A stretch of 64,000 nucleotides of DNA from Callorhinchus milii (Eukaryota): NCBI RefSeq assembly GCF_018977255.1, contig NW_024704769.1, positions 4,154,001-4,218,000 on the forward strand, read 5' to 3'. Below the pieces are notes generated by a model, which worked only from the letters and a program-made list of their open reading frames with translations, was not told where the DNA came from and searched no databases. Positions 11,901-23,147 of this stretch are shown here, piece by piece. Both the position numbers and the translations under genes were made by a program. Position 1 is the stretch's first letter. Each line of letters opens with the position of its first letter.

Positions 11901-14900
11901 CCCTGTTAGGTGATTTGTAGACAGTATGATAGTTAAGGAGGAGTTTGTTGGGTTCTTTATCCGAGCCGATCCCTCCACCTTGCCCCTTCCCTCCTTCCCC
12001 ATCTTCTAGTCGCAGATGAAGACTTTCCTCTTTGACTGTGCCTACGGTCACCTCTCCCCACCTCAGAGTCGTGCTCGCCACTGACGAGCGCTCTGGGACT
12101 CTGCCCTGCGTGAGGGTTGCTGTGTAAATGCAAGTTGTTGTTGTTGAGGCCTGTGATTTATTGTCTCTCCCAGGTGTCACGTGATCAGTCAGTTTAACCA
12201 GGGTTTCTACGACTACATCATCGCCACAGATGAAGAGATGCTGCTGGAAGCTGGTGCGTCCGAGGAGAAGAAGAAGAAACCAAACAAGAAAAATCCCAGC
12301 AAAGGCCAGAAGTACGAGTCTGTAAATTAACCCTGGCTAAATCGCACCGTATAACAATAATAATAATTTGATATGGCACCTTATCACGTCTTCGAGACGT
12401 CTCAAAGCTCTACACAGAATTACTGTAAACTTAATTGATTACATATTTTGTAGGTGCAACGCAGCAGCCGATTGGGCACAGCAGTGTGTTTTGGGGATAG
12501 ATTAGCTTTAAGATTGATTTTCCAAGATGGAGTCCTGTAGTTTAGTGGTTAGAGCACTTGCCTCGCAAATGAGAGGACCTGGCTTTGATTCCCGGGCAGA
12601 GCAAAACATTGAGCAAGTTTGCTTACTCCACACACCTCTGTTTACCTAGCAGTATATTCTATGAAGTGCTTTGAGACATGTCAATGACCTGATAAGGCGC
12701 TATATCAAATGCAAGAATTGTTGTTATCACTATTATAAGGTAGTGTATTTCCTGAGGCCAGTGTTAACCTGAGTTTGTGCTCTTTTGCTTCAGAGCGAAG
12801 GATAAGGAGTATGGTGTCTCCAGGGGGATAGATTTCCAAAACGTATCCAATGTTATTAACTTTGACTTCCCAACCACAGTGGACTCATACATCCATCGTG
12901 TTGGCAGGTGAGCTTTCAGTATAGATTAGCCCTTATCTAATAGAGTGGAGGAACAGGCTCGAGGGGCTGAATGGCCTCCTCCTGTTCCTGTGTTGTAGAG
13001 ACGTGTCTGCCGTTTGTGCCAGCAAGGCCACACAGGAAAGAAGTTGCTATTGGCTTCTGATCAGATTTGTTCCTGTAGGACGGCCCGTGCAGACTGCCAG
13101 GGAACAGCCCTGACCTTTGTGTCACACACAGAGTTACCACTACTGCAAGAAGTGGAGAATGCGCTAACTGGAGGTCAGTACTCGACAACAACAACAACTT
13201 ACATTTGTAGAGCGCTCTTCACGCAGCGCCCCAGAGCGCTTGGGAGCAATGGAACCATTGAAATACTCACAGCAATAGAACAATAATACTACGTGCATTT
13301 GATATAACGCCTTATCACATCTTCGAGTCTCAAAGCGTTTCACAGCGAACCATAGTGACACTATATTTGTGGGCGAAAGGTGGCAGCCAATTGCACACAG
13401 CAGTGTCCCACAAACAGTCGTGGATTGAGGGACCAAATTATTTTATAGTATTTTTTTTTGAAGGGATTATTACCCCCGAAAAAGTGATCCGCCAATTGAC
13501 TAATAATTATTGTATGTAAATCCTGGGGGCAGAACTGTATATTTTCCTGTTGCTGTTGGCAGCTGTTATTATGATGCTCTCACTTTCCTCAGTGGGCCTC
13601 GGTGTATGATACAATGTGCTCTGGGTTTAATGCTTAATATTTTGCTTTCATAGAGAATCTGGACTGTGCTCTGAAACCATACAAGTTCCACATGGAGGAG
13701 ATCAATGGCTTGAGTTACAGGTGTCAGGTAATAATAATCCTTGCATTTGATATAGCGCCTTATCACGTCTTTGAGACGTCTTAAATCACTGCACAGGATA
13801 CACTGCAAAGTGAATAGATGGTGTATTTTGTGGATGAGGTAGGATGAATGGAATTGACAGTAGTGGAGGAAAATGCTGTAAAGATTCTTCAAACTGAGTT
13901 TGATTTGTTTTAAACTTTGTGAGAAAATGTGCGTGGTTTATTTCGTAGAAAGCTTGTCCAACATCTTGTTGATGTGTGTGACGAGGTGCATGTGTGTTCA
14001 GTCTTATGGTTTGAGGCTGTGTAAGTGACTGAGCTGCTATTATTGCCAGGAAACCACAAGTGTGTGTGTGTGTGTGTGTATGTTGGGGGCTTTCCTATGC
14101 CTATATGGGAGATGGAAGGAGAGTTTGTGTTACTGATGGAACTCACTGTTTCCAGGATGCTATGCGCTCGGTTACAAAACACGCCATTAAAGAGGCTCGT
14201 CTGAAAGAGATCAAACAGGAGCTGCTAAACTCCCAGAAGCTCAAGGTGATTAATCTTGCTTTATCCCTATACACATATAATAATATTTTTGCATTTGATA
14301 TAGCGCCTTATCGTGTCTTCGAAAAGTCTCAAAGCTTTTTACAGAGTATACGGTAAAGTGAATTGACTGTATATTTTGTGGGTGAAACTCGGCAGCCAAT
14401 TACACACAGCAGCGTCCACAAACAATTTTATTCTGAGGAATTTTTACCTCGGGTAAACACAGATGTATGGAGTAAGGAAAGTTGCCTAAGTTACTCACGT
14501 TACTTGTTTTGTAGCCCATGATTTAATCACACGAGGAAGCTAAGATGGTGTAAAGGCTGAGAGAGAAAGTGTCCTAACCGATGGCATTTCCTTTTCCAGA
14601 CCTACTTTGAAGATAACCCCCGTGACTTCCAGTTACTGAGGCACGACAAGCCCCTGCACCCGGCCATCGTCAAACCCCACATGAAGAACGTGCCCGAATA
14701 CCTGAGTGAGTGGGCTGCACAGTTCACTAGTGACAGGAAGGGTTAACTTTTCAGACTATACATTTAATCCATGGGACACTATGGTACTGATAGCAGCCTC
14801 CACCTCCATCCAACACATGGATCATCGCAGTAGAGTCTGACACGATATGAACGGCACCAGCAGAGGTCACTAGAAGCCAGTAAGGAATCATAAGAATTTG

Positions 14901-16155
14901 CTGGACAAATTCCACCGTCCTGGCAGTCGTTTGAACATCTCATGTCCCAAACTATACACTGTATCCCCAGATATTGTTTCCTAACAGAAATCTATCTCAT
15001 TTGTTCCTGAAAGAATCCTTTTCAAGTATGACTCTAATTGCAGATTAAAGGCGGATAAATCATACCAACTCGAGCTACCAACACCAGTGTTCACCGCGGT
15101 TCAGTACAGATCCTAGCTAAACCTGCAAACCTCTGGCAGGTACATGGCTCAGTGCCGTACCAATACAGTGCCTTTACTTATTGAACCATCAACAGTTTTA
15201 TGGGGACAATGTTTTGATCCGGAACAAATAATTTTTTCTATTATTTTTAACCGCTGGAACCTGGGAAGTTCAATACATCCAGATTGACTTACACTCTCAG
15301 GCCAGTCCAAAGCCCTGCCTTCAATGCAGCTGCTGTAACTCATGTGTTCTGGTTTCCTATATAAAAAGGCCCGTTTTCTCACTGTATATCTTTCCCTGTT
15401 TACTGAAGCTGTTGTTTATTCTGTAGTGATTTGTAACGGCTTGTCCCGAGCTAACCTGGTTATATTTTAAACCTCTCCAGTTCCCCCGACACTGCGGAGA
15501 ATCTCCTCTACCCTGATCCACAGGAGACGGCACATGAGAGGCATGGCTTCGGGCAGAAACAACAAGGGAACGCACAAGGTTAGCAAACTGCCATCTACAC
15601 CAGCTGACGGGAACGGCAGCGATCTTACTGAAACGGTGTCAGTTAGTCACCCCAGGGGTCCCGAGTAAAAACATTTTTAATTGAAACTTTCAAATCCCAA
15701 GTGAACTACCTACAAATTATTATTATTATTTATTTTTAAGTTATTATTCCCCCTGGAAAAGCGATCCGCCAATTGACCAACAACCGGGTTCCTACTTACT
15801 GCTAGGTAAACGGTTCACTTCACAGGATATACTCCGAAGTATATAAAGTATACAAAGACTGTATATTGTGTTTCACGTGCAATTCATTAGTATCCCAGAG
15901 GTGAATACTTGACGTTACGAGCCCGGAAAGAGTACTCCCACCATAGTTCTGTTTGGAATGTTGGCACATCCCACAGAGGTACATGGAGGAGACGGAGCAG
16001 TTTATCTGGTGTCGGTTATGTAAATAACTGATGTATAAATGTGTTGTTTTCTTTTTAACTTTTAGCTTCTAACCAACCAGAACCCATTAAAGAATTTCAA
16101 ATACACGGGGAAGAAGATACAGGGCAGGAAACCACAGGGCAAGAAGACACATTAA
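8943..16155 (+). CDS. DDX56: DEAD-box RNA helicase 56 (nucleolar, Dbp9 orthologue), about 560 aa
   Basis: 14 exons: 8943-8999, 9852-10013 ([10 protein letters not shown]...ARTGSGKT), 10113-10267 (LVPTKEL), 10551-10721 (VIDEAD), 11142-11232 (MSAT), 11574-11815, 12174-12311, 12794-12907 (VSRGIDF...YIHRVG), 13079-13173, 13654-13727, 14156-14245, 14600-14705 (YFEDNPRD), 15481-15578, 16066-16155 ([11 protein letters not shown]). The exons sum to 1683 nt, in frame. Adjacent to NPC1L1 as in human. Confidence 0.96.
9198..9338. other. Assembly gap (141 N) inside G/T-rich low-complexity repeats of DDX56 intron 1
   Basis: N run flanked by GGGG/GTGT repeats, including a duplicated gggctctagaggggttggagggctggcagtgtgtg unit. 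Confidence 0.99.
11290..11505 (-). mobile_element. Deu-domain-type SINE fragment
   Basis: Reverse complement of the motif block aaaagatc(c/t)ca(t)ggcactatt..gaag...tgtcctggcc also seen at 20540-20810(+), 25170-25450(-), 29145-29340(-) and 52745-53150(+). Confidence 0.6.
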
Positions 16156-17624
16156 AAGAAGCGAGCGACAAATAGACTCTGCTATGAGAAACCAGATTAT
16201 ATTTACATTTTACAACGGTCTGACTGAGAGATGTAAACCCAAACTCTTCCGAACCAACTGGGATTCTCAGAGACGTTTCTTTGACATGGCTCCTCTGTTA
16301 TCTGAAGCGTTTGTAATTCCCTATACAGTACCAGAAGACGCTGATGCTGGAATATATTATCTCCTGGTATGTATTTATACTGTAAAATAGCATAAATATC
16401 GATTTAGCCTGTGTGAGCTTCATGCGATTTATTCTCAACCGTTTCTTAAAAGAATAATGGTGTATAACTGTGATTGATTATTGTAGAAATCTATCCAATT
16501 CTCTCTGGCCATTTTTGCATTACAAAACCAGTGACTTCAACGTACAGCAAAATCCCAAGAAGGATTTTTTGACAAAGAGATAGTGCTTTGCACCAAATGC
16601 AAGGGTTTTATTGTATGGGGTGTTTTGTATGGCGCAATTTGGATTAAGGGCAAACATTTTCCATGATCACTGATGGGTATAGATCCAAAGAACTCCACTG
16701 AACTCCTTTATATACAGCCGCACGTTATACGTCGGACTGGAATGCTGTCGTCTTTTGAGAGACTTCAAGTCCTGAGACTGAGTGAATGCCTCTATCACTG
16801 TGTTGTCACAGCAGTTGCCTGGGGCTAACAGTGATATTTACCGACAATTTTGTGTGAGGGAATCGATACTGACTGCAGTTCTGTAGTTTAACTGGTCTGT
16901 CAGATTTTCAGATTGATATTTTGATAATTTTTTAAGCCTTGAGTCATTGGATAATGAATTATTTACGATATAAACAGATCAAAATGAATTTTCCATCCCA
17001 TGCTCAATATGTTCTAGAGCACATTCTTGATTGACGTTTTACTGCTCTGCTTTGTCCCAGTGAAAGTCCTATTGACACACAAATATGAGCATTGATAGAA
17101 ATTGTGCAGATGTCATCTCTGGACTTTCACTGTGTCATTAATTGATCAGTGCAGTCATTTTAATGCAAGGTCTGTAGCACTGCTTCCTTAAGCATGTAAG
17201 AATTTGCTGGGTAAAGAGGACTAAGGTCCATGCAATTCACCTTCCACCATCCTGGCAATCGCTTGACATGTCATGTCCCAAGCTATATTTCTTCAGCGAA
17301 ATGATCACACAAGTACTGCCACGTTTAATAGTGGACAAAATACATAGTCAATTCACTTTACAGTATATTCTGTGAAGCGCTTTGAGACATCTCTAAGGTT
17401 TTGATTATTATAAATGTTGCCTAGCACAGTAAAGGGAAGCTATTTGTGCAGGATAAACATAATATTTTTTGAGCACTGTAGCAGTGCCCTTGAAAATGCC
17501 ATAAACAGGAGCTCACTGAGATAGCTTAGAAACTGCAGATTCAGCTAAGGCTGTGTGTGTATGTTTAATCAGATAGTTAATGTTCAAAGGGCATCCAAAA
17601 TCTGAATGGAGGCAGGGATTGCAA

Positions 17625-17990
17625 CAACAACACAAAATTACACTTATAAAGCACCTTTCACGTCGGGAGGACATCCCAAGGCGCTGGACAGTTAGGGGTC
17701 AGGGCCCGAGCATGGGGGAGGGCTGGTGGAGGGGCGAGGGAAGGCAGAGAGGTGGGAAGGTGACCAAAGGCACGATCGAAGAGGAGGGTCTTGAGATCGG
17801 CCTTGAAGGAGGCAAAGGAGGAAGCGAGGCGAAGGGTGTGTGGGATGGAGTTCCAGAGTGTGGGGGCAGAGAGGCTGAAAACCCGGCCACCGATGGTAGG
17901 GCGGGTCAGGCGGGAAACATGGAGCAGGCCGGAGCCCGCTAAATAGGTTGGTAGGGAGTCAGCAGGTCAGAGAGGTAGGAGGGGGCAAGA
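17625..17990 (-). mobile_element. L2-type LINE 3' fragment
   Basis: Reverse strand reads ...ttcagcctctctgcccccacactctggaactccatccc...ccttcaaggccgatctcaagaccctc...gcgccttgggatgtcctcccgacgtgaaaggtgcttt, the usual L2 3' end. Similar pieces lie at about 7255-7445, 20950-21330, 23280-23580, 40080-40230 and 53420-53770. Confidence 0.7.
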
Positions 17991-20900
17991 TTAGATTGCA
18001 GAGTTAAATAAGAATTTGTTCTTGGATTTGCATTTGATACAGCACCTTATCACGTCTTTGAGGCGTTTCAAAGCGCTTCACAGAATATACTGTAAAGTCA
18101 ATTGACCTGTGTATTTTATAGACAAAATGCAGCAGTCAGTTGTTCACAGAGGGGTCCCACAAACAGTCGTGGATTAAGCGACCAAATTATTAGAAAGCCT
18201 GTTGCAGCAAATATTGTGAATTATTATACATGAATTCATATTATCGGCACGATAAATTAGAGTTTCTAAGATACACACTACGTCTGCCTATGTGTTACTG
18301 GTTTGTGCCTAGCTCTATACAATTGTACTTTGTCCTGGACTGAAATTATGCATTATCTCGCGTGGATCAGCTTCTAATCCCAGTCAGTGTTGAATTTTGA
18401 AGTTTCAGCTGCGGTTGCATAGAGAGGCTAAATCCCAAGTGTTAGGGAGGGTAAAACTAGCCAACGTTCCTACTCCCGGTCCCATTAATGGTGGTGCACA
18501 TGTGGCTGGGTGAGAAGAGGCCAGGCACAGTGGAGTGTCCTGCCAATACTCACTGCCATGGTTTGCACAGGAACAAAACCAGAGGACAAGCAATTTCTGT
18601 GGAACCACTTCCAGTACGAGGAGTCTGAAGGACCAGTCGAGGTACATGCCACTGAGGTGGAAAAACGAACATAATTGACACTTTACATTTTATTTTGACT
18701 CCCCGGCAAGGCACAACCTTACCTTAGGCAACACGATAAAGTAATAATTCATTAGAATGCATTAGAATATACAGCACAGAAACAGGCCATTTGGCCCAAC
18801 TGGTCTGTGCCGGTGTTTAGGCTCCACAACAATTCACAACTGTTTGTGGGACACTGCTGTGAGCAATTGGCTGCCGCGTTCCACCCACAAAATACACAAT
18901 CAATCCACTTTACTGTATATTTTGTGAATCGCTTTGAGATTTATAAGGCGCTATATCAAATGCAAGGATTATTATTTTTTACCGAATCATTGTTCCTGGC
19001 AAGTGTAGATAGTTACCAGTAAATATGTGATTCTAACTTCCCTGTTGGCTCAGTTAGTAACAAACCAACTAAGGTGAAACAAGCCCAACAGGTAATTTCC
19101 TAGGTTTGACCCCTGAACTTGTACTGAAACTATCTGAACCAGAGCAGCAGGAAGCTGATATGAATGGCATCAGTTTTCTGAGTTACAGGATTATTTTAAT
19201 ACCAAAAGATCAAAATTAATACAACAGTTCACTTTAAAAAAAAACGTTTTCAAGCAGGACATGGAACTATTTCACAATTGTCTTCACAATTGTTTGTTTA
19301 AAGTTAAATATTTAGAGATATATTGGGGGATATTGCCTCTCTCTCTCTCCCCACACAAAAGGATATAGATTATGATTGGATCCATTCAAATTTTCAAGAC
19401 TGAGGTGGATAGATGTTTGTTAGGTCAGGGTATCAAGGGATATGGGGCAAAGGTGGGTAATTGGAGTTGACATACACTATGATCTAATAGAATGGTGGAA
19501 CAGGTTCAAAGGGCTGAATGGCCTCCTCCTGTTGCTATCTTCCTATTCAGGAAAGCTGATTGAACGGGTGCTGTGCTGAGCAGAGATGGGTGGTGGCAGT
19601 AGTTATATAAGACCTTTATGTCCAGTTACTAATAAATATCTGGCAAACGACAGCACGTATTTTTAGTCATTATCAAGCTATAAATATATAAAAGAATAAC
19701 AGGTCTATAAAATCAGGTCCTGGAATTCAGAGCATCTGTGAGTTGCTTCATATGGGTGTGAATTATATTGGGTGTGAGTTGCATTCAATTGGAAACTGAT
19801 CTATGTCAGAAATGTTACGTAAACAAGAAAGGGATGTGAACAATGTGAATTTGGGGATAATTTTGCATAGGAGGGGAATGACATTCCTACAGGAACCCAA
19901 ACTTGGAAAATAGTTCCACACATCCTGACATTTAAGTACTCAAATATAATCAAATACTTGAATTATCCTTTCACTGAAGGTTCACTGAGATTGGATGCCA
20001 AGAGTTCACTTACTCTCGTTTCCTATTTATTTTTTTGCTTTCACCACAATTTTCTATTCTTAAAAAGTTGCAGTGACTATGACAATATGTGATATAGTTA
20101 CGAGGATATGTGGGGGATGTTACATTGAGTTGATTTTGGCACCTTAGTTTAATGATGTAGTGCTCAGATTACAGTTATCTCACTGAATCTTTATTGGCGT
20201 AATTGTTTACTCTGTAATTTAAGATTCGTGGCAGCAATTTAGTCTTAATATCCACCAGCTTAGTTACTGATCCAACTGATATTGCTTGCCTCCTTTTGCT
20301 ATACTTTCTTATTTTTTAAATAAACGTTTGACCTGGCCTTTCCCTTAACCTATAGCATCTTAGTCGAAGCCTGGCAATGAAACTCACAACACAAATCTGG
20401 CACCTTCTTATCAGTTATCACGTAAGTATTGATGGAGGTGGTGACGTATTTAGCTGCTGAATCATTAGGGAGTCATAAAAAATTAAGGTAAACCCAGACA
20501 GGAATATATTAGCAATTCATCCTCCCAGCGCTATCAGCCTGGCTCTGAGTCAGAAGGTTTGTGGGATCAAGTCCCAAGTCGGAGGTTTTTCTCCCCCATG
20601 TCCTGATGCCATGGAAGAGTTTGTCTACAAAATACACAGACGCTGCACTTGCGAAGCGCTTTGAGATGTTCTGTGGGCATGTTGTCTGCCTGTTCAGGTG
20701 GACGTTAAAAGATCTCATGGCACTATTGGAGAAGAGAAGAGAGTTTCTCTCTCTCTCTCTCTTCCCCTCTCTCTCTCTCATTCCCCCGGTGTCCTGCCCG
20801 ACCATGCCCCCCCCAAAGTAAAACTGCTCGCACGATCCGTGGCTAGTTTGTGGGGCGTTTCGCCCAACGAAAAGACGATGGTGTTTTCGCGAGTATATTT

Positions 20901-21664
20901 GTAAAGAGTCTATTCACTTTGTGGTCTGTCCCGTGAACAACAACAACAAGACTGCATTTATAGAGCGCCTTTCACGTCAGGAGGACGTCCCGAGGCGCCG
21001 GACAGTTGGGTCGGGACCCGAGCAGTGGGGGGAAATGGTCAGGGTGAGGGGAGGGGAGGGAGGGAGCGAGGAGGGGGGAAATGGTCAGGGTGAGGGGGGG
21101 GAAGGGAGGGAACGAGGAGGGGGTAGAGAGTCGAGAGTGGAGCTGAAGGTCGAAGAGAAAGGCCTTGAGACCGGCCTTGAAGGAGGAAAGGGAGGAAGCG
21201 GCGAAGGCACTGGGGATGGAGTTCCAGAGCCTCGGGGCTGAGAGGCTGAAGGCCACCGATGGTGGGGGGCGGTTGGGGCGGGGGGTGCGGAGCCGACCGG
21301 AGCCGGAGGAGCGGAGTGGGGGGATAGGAGCGCTTTGAGACGTCTCGACGACGCGGTAAAAAAGGGGCCGTTACCAAATGCCCGGATCATTACTGTTGTT
21401 GTTGTGGTTGTGGTGGTGGTGGTCACAAACGCGCGTTTAGAGGGCGCCTTTCCCTGGAGGACGTCTCGAAGCCAACGCTAAAGGGTACGTTCAACCACAA
21501 ATCCTACCTTCAGCCCAGATCGAGGGAATCGGCGACCCTGTGACCTGCAATTAAAAATTAAATTAAAATCATACAGTGCAGCAGCTGCTGCTGAAGCCCC
21601 CAAAAGTAGTCGTCGTCGTCGTCGTCATCATAAATTATACTGTGTTTAATAACGTTGCGTTTTT

Positions 21665-22330
21665 CACGCACCGCACCCGCGCAAACCCGCCCAATCGAGG
21701 CGCAAAAGCCGCCCCGTCTCATCTCGTGCACCGCACCCGCGCAAAGCCGCCCAATCGAGGCGTGAAAGCCGCCCCAAAAGCCGCCCCGTCTCGTGCACCG
21801 CACCCGCGCAAACCCGCCCGCCCGCCCACTGTTGGGCGTGAAAACCCACCCAATTCTCTTCCCGCCTTTGTTGGGCTGAGGGAGGGAGGGAGGGGATGCC
21901 TCGCGCACCCGGACGCCCCTCACAGTCCGCTCGCGCTCTCCGACTAACGGTCGCCCCTCGCGCCCTCCGACCAACGGTCGCCGCTCGAGCCCCCCCCGCC
22001 CCGCGCGACCAATCAGCGGCCGGTCCCGGCGGCCAATCAGCGCTCGAGCACGCACGCTAACGTCCAATCAGCGGCCGGTCCCGGCGACCAATCAGCGCTC
22101 GAGCGCGTGAACGACCAATCAGCGGCCGGCTCCTGCGGCCAATCAGCGCGGCCGAGACCCCGCGGCTGCGCGGTGAAGGGCCGGTCCTGCCGGAGGGAGG
22201 GAGCGAGGGAAGGAGCGTCGAGTGAGAGAGGCGGAGAAAAGGGCGGGAAGCGGCGGTCGTCCCTCAGGTTGTGCTGCGGCTCATTTAACGTACGGTTTTG
22301 TGAGGCCCTGACAATGGCCGTGTAGAAATA
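21665..22330. promoter_or_regulatory. CpG island with an array of CCAAT boxes and no adjacent coding start (orphan, possibly bidirectional promoter)
   Basis: Very CpG-rich. CCAATCAGC at 22009, 22033, 22064, 22088, 22115 and 22139; YAACGG motifs at 21944 and 21971; three copies of gcaccgcacccgcgcaaa at 21668-21815. Confidence 0.75.
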
Positions 22331-22829
22331 TCGTGTTTATATTATTATATATATATATGGATATATAAAAATGACTAATAATAATGCGGTCACTCAGTCC
22401 ATCCACTGCCACGTTTCGCCCACAAAATACACAGTCACTACACTTCACAGTGTAATCCTGATCTACCCCCCCCCCCCCCCCCGGCACCGCGTCAACTAAT
22501 CCAACCTCTTACTTCAACTAATCTCGAGTTAGCGAAGTCACTTCATCAGTTCAGTTCGGGGCTGAACTGCATTTCAAATGCAATCCAAATTTACATTTAT
22601 ATGGCGCCTTTCGCATCGGGAGGACAACAACAACAACAACAACAACAAGATTCAATTTATAAAGCGCCTTTCACGTCAGGAGGACGTCCCAAGGACACTG
22701 AACAATAATGGCTTAGCACCTCGGCTTGGAGCGGAATCATGACTGACGGTATGGTCAAAGAAGGGGAAGCTGAGACAGATATTCCTAATACCTAACTATA
22801 CCTAGACTGTGGCACATATAGTTTAAAAT

Positions 22830-23147
22830 AATAATAATCCTCGCATTTGATATAGCGCTTTTCACGTCGGGAGGACGTCCCAAAGCGCTTCACAGAACAC
22901 ACTGTAAAGTGAATTGACTGTATATTTGTGGGCGAACGCGGCAGCCAATTGCGCACAGCAATGTCCCACAGACAGTCGTAGATTGAAAATGACCAATTTA
23001 TTATTGTTTTTGGTTTTGGAGGGATTAATATTAGACTCTGTGTGGAGTAAGGAAACTTGCCCGAGGTTTCGCCCTCTGCCTGGAATTGAACTCAGGTCTC
23101 TCACTTGCAAAGCGAGTGCTCTAACCACTGAGCTACAGGACTCCACG
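22830..23147 (-). mobile_element. tRNA-derived SINE (same family as 6368-6710)
   Basis: Reverse complement begins gtggagtcctgtagctcagtggttagagcactcgc and ends ...gcgctatatcaaatgcgaggattattattat. Confidence 0.85.

Noticed and set aside
22005-22150. Regularly spaced short repeats superficially like a CRISPR array
   Set aside because: Eukaryotic context, 9-nt cores equal to CCAAT boxes, spacers that are themselves duplicated, and no cas genes.
21558-22325. ORFs over the CpG island (169 aa -, 123 aa +)
   Set aside because: GC-rich repeat-driven open frames with non-ATG starts and no recognisable domain.
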